From Amphiscolops sp. MND2022 (lineage: Eukaryota), in contig OZ076409.1 in NCBI GenBank assembly GCA_964187785.1, positions 65,412,001 to 65,476,000 of the forward strand: DNA of 64,000 nucleotides, written 5' to 3'. Shown piece by piece: positions 37,793-49,700 of the stretch (position 1 is the stretch's first letter; each line of letters begins with the position of its first letter). The translations under genes and the position numbers were made by a program. Under the pieces are notes generated by a model. The model was not told where the DNA came from. It ran no database searches and saw only the letters and a program-made list of their open reading frames with translations.

Positions 37793-40700
37793 CTGAAAAA
37801 ACACAAAATTTAAAAAAATATGATATTTTATTGAAGCAGCCATCTAAATGTTGACATACATAAAAGTCTTTAAAAAAATTCTCGAGAAACAGCCTTGAAA
37901 GCTTCGTCATTTCCTTCCTTAAATGGCGACAGAAAGGCAGCGAAATTTTGAAACAACGGAATAACACTTGTCAATAATTAATTAATGGCAATTCGAACAA
38001 AATTATTAATTTCCAAAAGCAAATACAGCCGTAGTATGTTTCTGAGTACGACAAAATTGGCAATTTAAGATCAAAATATATCTTTTAAAAGCGCCTGAAA
38101 CATTATTTTCGGCCCAACAACAGGTCAAAATGGTCGTACGTTGAATCTGCGTATGTGCAGGAGAGCAAGGATGACGTCAGCATTTTTCGATAAACACCTG
38201 ATCAAACGTGGAGTAATTCAATTTCACCCATCACAAGAACAACGAAACACTTCAAACAGAAACAAGTCGGTAACGGCCAAAGTCGGCAACTCGCTAAAGA
38301 CTTAACCTCGACAGTACACCGAGAAGTCGAAAAATTTTTTGCAAGCTTCATTTCGCCACGAATAATAGCCACAGCTCAAATCGATTTTCTGCTTTTGAAA
38401 GCCCTTTACCTAAGCTTTCAAATGCACACTAGTTAAGCTGGGAGTTGGCGCCACGTTTTGGGGTGAGAGTGCCACCCCGGCAGCGCGGGCACGACTTGGC
38501 CAAGCCTTTCAAATGCCGGTCGAACTCATAACTGAAAAAACTTCTATAACGAAAAAACTTCTATATACATTTTCAATGGTGGCCTACTGTGTTACTAGAG
38601 TGGGATAGTAACTTAGCAAACAGCTGCTCAGTTATTTTGAAAAGTTTTTGAAATGTATTTTTCTGCGAATTTTCACTTTTTTCCAGTTACTTTTTTGCCG
38701 GTGGCTCGGAAAAAACTATAATGACATAAATAACCCCGTTAGTCCAATAGAATGCCAATAACAAAGACGAATTTCCGTTTTTCTATATTCTTTTTGTTTG
38801 TTGTAATTTGTTTATTGATTGCGAAAAAATTGCTGTCCTCATTTGAGGACGAAATTACTGTCGAGACTTAGCAGGAAAAAGTTTCGAAATATTGTTCTGA
38901 AATTGCCTCGTGGACCGTTCAGTGTGAATGAGTGGTTTGCACTTTTGAAAGTTATTACAAACCTTCAGTAAAAAACGTCATCTTGATCTGAATGTAGAAG
39001 AAAGCTACTTAGAGATTTCTAACGTAGTTTATTCAGCGTCAGATCAAAATATCATCAATGTTGACTTTTTATAGTGTGTTTGATTTCGAAGGAAAACGAG
39101 GCATTACTTCAACAGATGTAGCTTCACAGAAAAAAAACAAATTGGTGGCGTTGAAAGCGGCCATGAGAAAAAAAAACGATTCAAACAGTCACCATTATTT
39201 TCTTAAATATAAATACTTGCCTACTGTGAAACTTTAGGCCTGTTTTCTCATATTTTTCACTCACTTGTTGACTTTGGCATCGAATAGTTGATTGGAGGTG
39301 AAGATCGGGGGGTTATGGGCGGCAAGAGAGGTCCTGGGGGTAGAGGAAAGGTTCAGTGGCGAGTAGGTGGAGGAAGGTGACGAAGATGGAGACGGCGAGG
39401 AGGAGAAGGCCAGGGCAGAAGAGGAGGACGTGGCTGTAAATGCTGCATTGTGATTTGATAATACCTGATGCTGCTGGTGGGCTAAAGACAGGGGGTGTTG
39501 GTTTATTTGGCTGCTGCTCTTGTGAAGCGGCGAGATTGACTGTGACTGCTGTGATTGCAGAGAGTCTGCTTCCGATTGGCTGATATGCAATTGCTTTTGG
39601 GCAAATTTAATCAATTGTTGGGGCCAATATTGCACATGCGCTTGCAATGTTTGTTCTATAGATCTGATTGCTTCCGGGGAGGGCAAGGCGTCCAGGCTCG
39701 TTTTCTTCACTAACGGCGGGTGCATCCGTCTCATAAACGCTGACTGTTGATGAATCGAGTGGGAGGGCGAAGAACAAGGCGATAAGATGCCTGCTAAGCC
39801 AGCACCCCCTAGTCCTCCCAAACTGCCTACTTCAGATGCCCCTAAAGAGATGTTAGCAGCTCCAGTGGTACCAACAGAAGAGCAGCTGTTGGGGCTGGAA
39901 GTATCCATATTAGATGACGCATACAGCATCTGACAGATACAGGCCACAATGCTTTCTGTCAGCACCTTCAGTTCAAAACCTCCTTCCAAGCAGAGAACAA
40001 CTTTACCGTTGGCCAAGCCCAGAAGTTGTTTCGTCATCCACCCAAAGCCTAAACCAATATTTTTGAAACGAAATTGACACATAATTTCAAATAATTTTCA
40101 AAGCATTATAATCAAAAACTTATATCCCTGGCCTGAACGCATTGAAATTGAATTCATTTCCATGTTTTGGAGGTTCAATGGCATGGTGCTACAATGCGGA
40201 CAATTCACTGGATTAAACATACATGTATACTGAAACCTTGACCTAAAGTCAGGGTTTTGACATCGCTAATTTCTTCCGCTAATTGCTAAACCGCTAATTT
40301 GAAAATCGCTATTTCGCTATTTAGGCTAAAGTATAGACTTACTTATAATCAACCATGTTTGCAAGGTCAACAAAATTTGAGTTACGGGCGCTGTCTAATT
40401 GACTATTTAGCATTTGTTGAGCCCAGCAACTCCTTAATTGGCAGTTAAATTCATTTCCCACAAAGACAATAGTTCGCTTGATATGCTCCGTTGTTGAGCT
40501 GAAAATTTTCTCAGAACGATTCATAAAAAGTATCACTTGACGAGAGCAACATCCCTGCAGAACATCCCGATCAGTCAGAAGGAGCACAGGTCGCGGGAAA
40601 ATCATCTTCATATTATTCTTTGGGCTATTTTCGTCTAGGTAATCAACATTTTATGGCGCTAAAAATATTTTAAGCTTCCTGTATTATTCTTACTTGCACT

Positions 40701-43700
40701 TTCAGTGTGAAGTGTAAACATTTCGAACTTCTTTAGATTTCTCATAACGACATTGATTGAGGTTATATAATGTTTAAATTGATCGGATTCGATACCTTGA
40801 CAAAATTGTCAAATGGGATCGTTGTATCGATTCAAGACTTTGGTGATTGATAATTGAAGTCTAATGCATTTCAACTTCTGCATTTTAGTAGAATGCGTCA
40901 AAATTGTAACTCACAACAGGGCTAGTTGAAGCTTCAAATTTTCAATTCAAGAAACCGCCCACAATATAGTACCTTTGTTTACACCATTTGTGCAAATTTT
41001 CCTGTTTGGAAGTCCAGACACCGAATATTCTAGAGTCAGACGGTCGCCTTACTTCACATTTTAGATGACACTCCTCGTGCAACATCATGCTGTTGATTGC
41101 AAATAGACTAACTTAAAACACTTCGAGATGGCTCTTTACCATTTTGAAGTAAAAGATTGGATAAATTTTTGTCATCAAGATTCTTCTCGAGTATCAAGAA
41201 AGAAACTAGAAGTCAAGATATGCATGGAACATCCGAATACTTTACTTTCTGGTGCCAATTCTTCGCTGAAACTCGAAGAAGGATATTTAGCATGAACTCG
41301 TATTTTTCACCTCCAAAATGATGTTATAATTCTTCGAAAATTCATCCTATCAATTTTTTCCAGAATATGGAACACATTTTAATGTTTCATCATATGAATC
41401 AACATCTCAATTTCAGTTTCATTAAAAAAGCCAGAAACTGCGCACCGCTTCAAACTCTAAAATATGCAAGGATCAGCATATTGAGTAGTATAGTTGGAAT
41501 TCAAGAAGTAAAAAGAAGGACGTTGATCAGGTTCCAAGCCATAGGCTTTGTTCTCTAACCACCATGGCAACTGGACGTTGAGTTCAACCTGTAGAACTTT
41601 TGGTATAACTATTTTGGTTAAATCAACCAGATTGAAACAACAGTTAAAATCATGATAATTGTATTTCATATAATGCCGGAGTTATTGAATATGTAATAAG
41701 AGGGACTGGACTCACATTCGGGAGACACGATGTAGCCGCCCAACTTTTTGCTGTGGCCCCTGCTGGCGTCGAAGCCGGCCGACACCAGAACTACATCTGG
41801 CTGGAAGTGCTGTGCGAAGGGGATGACGACGGCTCGGAACGCGGCCATGTAGTCCTCGTCTGCCATGGGGACATCAGGAGAGGAGGTGAAGCCTACGTTG
41901 ACCGTGTGTCCCGTGCCCAAAGAACAGCCGATCGAACACGGAGATCCTGTGCCAGGGAAGAAGGAGCCATCGTCGTAGCGGTGGATTGATATGTAGAGCA
42001 CGTTGGGGTCCGCCTCGAACGCCTGCTCGGTCCCGTTCCCATGATGCACGTCCTAAAACAGATTAATATACCAATGCACTTCGTCACAAGAAAGAAATGC
42101 AAATTTGAGACCTAGCCAGAAAAGTATGGTTTCGGAAGAAATTTTAAAAAAAAAACTGACAGGTTCTGTCTGAAATGAGGCATTTTCACGATTCTGGCAC
42201 AAAATGTCTTTGAGAAACAGTGAATTGTGAACTTCACATCCGCTCAACAAAATTTCGAAATCTCAATTTTGCAACAAAAATACTTCAGTAGATGGCCCTG
42301 AGCACGAAAACGGCAAACATTATGATGTTCCTAATCTTGGAAGAGCAAAAGCCAAATATCAAAAGCACTTAGACGAAGGAATAGTCATTCAGCATAATAT
42401 AGGAAATAATAGGGAACTAACCCAGTCGACGATTAGGATTCTTTGGGCCAGATTTTTCTTCAGCAAGTTTTTGGCAGCTATGGCAATGTTGTTGAAGTAA
42501 GAGAAACCGCTGAAACAACACCAATCTTCATCTTCACAATATAACAGTTATTTTGCAGATATTGCATAACACTGATCATCTATGGTTTAGCATACAATGA
42601 GCGGTGCTAAGTCAACTAGTGCAAATCAGTTTAAAGTTTGAACACCTTTTGGGATAAATTCAAGTTGACCTGATTTGATTGCAGCTGAATTTTCTTCTGA
42701 TTAACCGACACTCAAAAGTTTCCCCGGGTACTTGGTACTTCAGTGTAGTAAAGTGTGATTAATTACACTTACAGCGGCCTGATGGCCTCAGCGTGGTGAC
42801 CGGGGGGTCGGATGAGGGCGAATGCGTTGGAGAGGTGGTTTGACGCGACCTTCTCCGTCAGCTGAAGTAGCACCCCCACGGCCGAAAGACAGGCCTCGGG
42901 CGACTGTTGCGTGTTCCACACCAAGTCCACATCCACGCCCACTCCCCCACACGGCAGAGTCAACAACTCATTCTTCAGTTCCTCAACCACACTCTCGTCA
43001 GCGCCCGAAAATGCTTGCGCGTACTTCTCACTAAACACAAAACAACATGGCTCATATCCGGGTAACCTCTTAGGTTACCCGGATTTTTTGAGGTCTGAGA
43101 AGCAGAAACACGTGGCGACTTTTTTCCGAAGTGTTTTCAACTGAAGTGCCCAACGTTTTGCGAGCATAGAGGGCCCACCTTAGAGTCTTTCGGCACAATG
43201 CGACATACCGAAGAATTTTTTGAAAAATTTCAAAAAAGTTTTTCAAAACTTTTTCCACACACGTTTTTGAGGTTTCTGTAGAGGAAACCCTTTTCCGAGT
43301 CCTAAGAGTGACCTCTTTGATTATTTTTTTGGTGTTGTGGAACTGATGAGAGTTTTCTCAATAACTGTGGAAATAGGTTTTTTCCGGCACTGTGCGACTG
43401 TTATTCGAAAAATTTTTTTAATTCGTCAAAGGGTACTCCTTGTCTTTCATATATGTTTTTGGCTTGAAAAAAAAAGTATTTTGCGAGCTTAAAGCTCCTT
43501 TTTCGGCACTGAGATTTTTGATGAAATTTTCACAAAAGTTTCCCTTTGCCTAGTAAAAAGCTTTCATTTTTTGAACCTTGAGCAGGCGCCAACTTGGGCC
43601 GTTGCCGGCTCGTTTTTAAAACTACCCAAAACAATTTTAAAATGAACATTATCTAACCAATTGTGGTATAACTCGGGTTTCCGAAATTTGACATTGATGT

Positions 43701-46700
43701 ATTCAATTTGTCAAGTTAAAAACATCAACAACTTACTTGTGGACCATCTGTAGCTCTTCCAAAGTGGTTTCACGGCCCAAAAACACCTGCAATCATCACC
43801 AATTATCATAAACTGTAGATTGAATTTATAGTTCAGCTGAAGCACAGAAGTTATCATTACCCACCCGACAATGCTTGGGTATGTCGAGTTCGAGGAGTCG
43901 CATCCACACGTACTGCAGTCGGAGAGGGGTCTCAAGGTGCTGCTCTGACTCTACGCACGTGCAGCTGTGCTTCAACATGGCCGGATTATATCCCAAACCT
44001 ACAAACACATCACATCACTCAACCTTATACTTACTTTTTTCTATTTGTATTGCCTAAAACAAGAAACGGGCGCAAAGAAACCGCGTTTCTCAACAAGGTT
44101 GTTATAACAGTCCCGCGAAAACAAATGGAAAAAACTTCGACCGGCAGAGGACAAAAGATTGATCATCAATGTGAGCACCAGATTGGTTTGTTTTAATCAC
44201 GTCAACCTTCACCATGCACAGTCGCCGCTATACATGCATCGATCATCATTTAACCTGATGGGGACGAAAAAAATGTACATTTACAAAAAAATGCAGCTTT
44301 GCAGTAACTCAGCTTTGTATATAGTCCCTTGTCAAAAACTACGCAACAAATCGTACAGTTTTTGCCAATACCAAAGTTGTTTAATTCAAATTTACTCGAA
44401 ATCATATAAATTTTTCAGCTTTTTCTTCAAGTACAGCCATAGTTTGAATTACTTGCCTGTCATTTTGTGAACTGTGTTGTGGGACCTGTCATTGCTTTCG
44501 CTTTTGTTGATACTGCTGTTTCTATCGTCATTTTCTACACCTCCTTGCAAGTTCTGAAAAAATACAAGACAACTAAAACATGTACAGATTGATTGATCAG
44601 AAGGGCCTTATAGTTCTTGTTCAAGAACCACCAAATTTTGAGCTTTTTAAAATTAAACCAGACCCGTGTTCGGAGTGCTCGTATTTCTGAGGTCCTTTGA
44701 TTTTATTTCTGGCTCCATTCAAAAAAGCATTGAAAAACTAAGATTACTTTGTAAGCATTTGAGAAGAGCATTTTCTATTGATATATTCGTGGTCGTGAAA
44801 CGACTGCATTAAGTTCACATCGTCAAATCTTATCGTTCCCACCTGTGCCTTTTCCTGTGTTTAAAACGATCTGCTCGGCATTAATATTGAAAATGAGGAC
44901 GGAAATAGGCTAATTTATAATTTATTGCATATTATAGCGATAATTGTCAAAAAGAGCAAAACAAGGTGCTTAAATTGGATAAATTCTGCAGACATAGCAG
45001 TATGAAAAGCACCGACAGAAACCCTTCTCTGGAAACTTCCAAAAACAACTACTGAGCTGGCCGGCCAAGTGGGACCAATTCAATAGCCGCCAAACTTGCC
45101 AGCAGCGGAGGTGCACAGGCGGAAGCTTCATTCGTAATCAAAACTGTTTTCAGAAGTTCGGAGCCTCAATTAGTGGGCAAGAAAAAAGCTTTCAAATGCA
45201 ATGAAAAGCTTCTGGAACCTCAAAACGGATCTGCGGAAGCAAGTACCCGGTGTGATGAATCATTAATGCTACGAGTGTAAAGGAGTGAAAAACTAACAGA
45301 TGAATTTTGCAAGGAGTGCATCATGAAAATTTGATGTTTCTTCAAAACAACTCCTGTGGCGGACGGAGCCGCTGTGGTAGCAGCCGTTGATGGATTGAGG
45401 GCGTGGCCTGCTGAGGGGGACGACTCAGGTGAAGAATGTTGCATGACGAGAGCTTGTTTCGATGTCACTGTTTGAGCGTTTGTAGATACATCATTTGTAG
45501 CAGCAGCGCCACCTAACGGCGAAGCCGTGGAGAAACAGCTGTCGTTTGTAGTTGAATCGGGTGAAGAGCTAATGTAACCGGTACACGCAACACCCCCATG
45601 CGGTGCCACGGAACCACTTGGTGGCGTGATGGTATTCGATGAAGAGTCAGAGTGCCTCTCTCTGATCGTACCGCCGTCTTGAAAAACAGCCGATGACGTC
45701 ATTTTTTGGTGTCTAGGGTCCGAGCTACTGTATGACGTCACGGATGATTCGCCGCCAGAATCAGAAGCCACGTTTCTGTCGCTGCTCATTTCAAAATCCG
45801 ACTCAAACAGTTGATCTGTCTTTTTGTCGCAATCGTTCATAACATGATCCGCGCGGTTTTCGAATTTGGAGGTACTTGCTGGTAACACTTTGCTTCGGTT
45901 CGAACTGGATGAGGAGTTCCTGGAAAGCAATTGATTTTTCTTCTTCTGTTGTAGCTTGGCTTCGAGAGCTTGCACGCCAGGACCTGAAGCACACAATGGT
46001 TTAAGAGAACAGCAATAGGTTGAAACTTGAAACACGAACGCGGTGTTCAATAACTTAGCAATATTTCACGGACTTTTATAAGTTACTTTCTGAGCTTCTT
46101 TGATATATTTTTCAATGAAGGATTAGACCGACTCTAGTTAAACATGGAAGAAACAAACGGTAAAAGTGTAAAACTATTTTTTCGTTGAGACATCTGTTGA
46201 CTAGTTGTTTGTAATAAGTGTAGAAAAGGCATGCAAAATATCATACTCAAGTTGGTACGCAATTCCAAAAAACTACTCCCACCCGGTCGAATTGCTGTTA
46301 CTAACCGCCGTTTTTGATACATGTGCACTTCAACATTGGCGATTGTACAGTGCTCACCTTTGATACTTTCTGTAGAGTTGCTATGATGGGCTGAGGAGCG
46401 CATTGAAGAATGTCTTCTACTGCTGTCTGAGTTGGAGGAGAGTTGCATCTCTGCAAACTGAGGGGTGGGTGGTGGGGGTTGGATTACCACTTTGGGCGGG
46501 TGTGCGTACCTCGTGGTTGGCACGAGGAGGTTGCTTTCACTGCAGACAGGAACAGTGCCAGCGGAAACGGCAGCAGCTAGAGCGGCAGCATTTGAGTAAG
46601 CGTTGTAATAGTAGTTGAACAGTTTATCGAATTCCGCCTTGTTGTTCACTGCGACGGCCCCTCCAAACATGTTTGTCTGTGGGTTAGAGAGGACATTGTT

Positions 46701-49700
46701 GTTGGGGTTGTTAGCAGCGGCGGCAGCAGCAGCCGAGAGAAACAAGGAAGAGGAAGTGGGAATAGCAGACATGGAGGTGGAATTAACTAGTCTAAAAGGT
46801 GTTGTTTGTTGTTGATGTGATTGAAGACTGGCCGCAGCAACTGCAGCCAACTCAGAAGCCGCCGCTGCGTTGCTCGATGATGACGCAGCTCCGAACGGCA
46901 GAAGAGCTGGCATCGGGGGAACAGCGGGCACTTGCGGTGCATTACCCTGCAAATAATGAAAACTCAGTTGCAGAAAAGCTAATGTTTCTAAATGTGTCAA
47001 CTGGGTATTTTTCAATTACTTCCACTTTCAACACAAGATCTAGCTAGCTGGTGCACATTACGAACGAGCCAGGGACAGGCAAAGTCGGCGGCCACTCAAG
47101 ACTAGAAAATCGCTGTTTTTTTTAAATATTTTCAGGAAGATTCTCACAGTGCCGAAAAACCGAAGGGACGGATGCGACACTTTGTGGTCGCTCAGAAAAA
47201 CTTTTACTGACTGAAAACTAGCGGCAAAATCTAATTTTACCTCCGAGGGACGTGGTTTCTTGACAATTCATTGCTTGGCTGGAAAGGAGGCTTTCGATAA
47301 CTTTTTCCTCAGAAAAAGTATTTCTCGAAAATAGAGGAAAATCGGTTCTACTTGAATCAATCTGAAGGTAGTTAAATTTCGATTGGGACCATTTTCAAAG
47401 AAATAGAGTGAGAATCTATCGAAAAAATGCGGAAATCAAAATTCGCCAGTTTTGCAATATGTCAAATTTTTGACGATCATTTCTCGACACTGAAAGCAAG
47501 ACTAGAATAGAAAAGCGGCTTCTTTCAAATTATTCGAAGCATTATTATCTTTCCAAAAAAACATTTGTTGGGAGTCAGGAGAAAGTTTCTTTAATTCTAA
47601 AGAGCAAATTCCGGCATTTTAATGTTGAAAACATGACAAAAAACTGTTATATCTAATATTCCTCCGAAAAATACTCGAACGTAAAAATCTAAACAAGGAT
47701 CTTTCGGATGCTTTGTAGATATTGCGCCCAATTTAGAAAAAGTAAGGACCATTCAATTGTTGTAATCTCGGACACCTTTTTAAGCAAAGCACCGACTACA
47801 GAACTTACCAGTATCCTTCTCAAAGGTGGATGTGAATTTCCATCGTTCGAAGATGATATTGAACTCTCGGATAAATGTCGATGAAGAGCGGGGGTGAATT
47901 CAGTGGCACCGGTTGCCGCCGTGGGCCCATCTCTACTTGTGACGTCATTGGATGATATATTATACCTGGCAGCAACGGCGGCAGCCATTACAGCCGCAGC
48001 AGCCGCATTCTCAGCATTATTCTGCAGCTGCGCGCCTTCGGTACCTGAACATAGAACTCATGACTTAAATGAATCTTGAAGTGAACTCGATGGGTATTGA
48101 AATTTAACACAAGCATGGTTCATTGAAACAACTTGTTCATTTAGATACTGTCAACTCCAGTTTGTTCGTTTCCGGATAGTTCGGATCTCGTTTAATTCGT
48201 ATGTATCTGACACCCCCCATTTCGTGACGACCAAAGAAATACCATCCGGTTAATTCGTATTCATTATTCGAGCAATTTTATTCGATCCCTAGCGATCCGA
48301 ATTAAGCAGATTCAACTGTAGTTCACCGAAGTTTAAGATTTAATGCCTTCCATTGGAAACGAGAAGTTGGATGGTTTTTTAACCTTGCGAGGTAATCTTT
48401 TGCTGGGCGCTATTGTTGGCCAGCATTTGAGCAGCTGCAGCGGCGGCCACCTGCTGAAGATGATGTTGTTGCAAAACAGCTGCTGCTGTCGATAACTGCA
48501 ATTGCTGTTGCTGCCTCAGATGCGGCGAAGGCAATGACATGTTACCCAGCACATTTCCCACACTAGGGGGCAGATCATTCATGCTGCTTTCCAGGGGTGA
48601 CGAGGACGAAGAAGAGCTGGGGTGGTGTAGTATTGCACTGTTAGCTGCAGAATTGGAGGTTGGAGAAGGGGTAAGAAATCGGCCGTGGTGACTCTGAGAT
48701 GTTTGTGAACAAGGGTGGTGGGGTAAAGATGCGAATGGTTGTTTCAAGTTGGTCCCTAGAAGTCCTGCTCCTGCACCCCCTCCAGACGGGCTGCCCGCAG
48801 CGGTGCCGGGATGATTGGGGGAGGGGTGGAAGTTCAGGCCCCCATTGGCGCCTCCTGCTGTTGCCGCAGCTGTGGTTCCGTGGAAGGATGAGGATTTGGA
48901 GATGTTTACGACACTGCTGTTGCTACTTGCATCGCTATTGCTCTGCACTTGAACTGGTACATGCGGAGAAAGACTTCCACATGAGCTCTGAAAAAAACGA
49001 GATGTTTCAACCTTGAACGTTGCACACTATTTCCTTTTCTGCATACTTAACTAACCTCGGCAAACAAAACATATGGCTCTTGATGGAAAAATTATTTTGG
49101 CTCGAACTCACCGAAGATTATATGCAATCATCGTGCTATTTGAACTCCTTAAATTGACCGTAACATAGCTTCCAGAAGCTTTTCCCCCCAAAACTCAGAC
49201 ATCGAAAAACCCAAATTTTGAAAAACAAGCCGGGACCGGCCCAAGTCGGCGCCATATCCAAGGCTCAAAAATAGCAAAAGGACTTCCAAGTGTCAATTTA
49301 CAGTACTCGAAAATCGAAAAAGCAAAAAAATGGACCGAGTGGCGCGCCGGGGCCCGCTAGCGCGAGCCCCTGGCGCGCTAAAAGGGGGACACTTCCGAAA
49401 TTGTCAACATCTTTGTCGCAGTTGAAGGGGGGCTCTTTAGAGAAGAAACAAATTTTCGAAAAAAGTCACAATGCCGAAAAACTGAAAGGGGGACCCTTTG
49501 GGATTTTTAAACACCTAATCTGTTGTAAAGTATCAAAGAAATTGAAGGGGGGACCCTTTGGGGAGAAAAAAATAGAAAAAAGTCTCACAATGCTGAAAAA
49601 CTGAAAGGGGGGACCCTTTGGGGTTTCTCAACATCCATTCTGTCGCAAAACAGCAAAAAATTGAAGGGGGGACCCTTTGGGGAAAAAATTTTCCGGAAAA

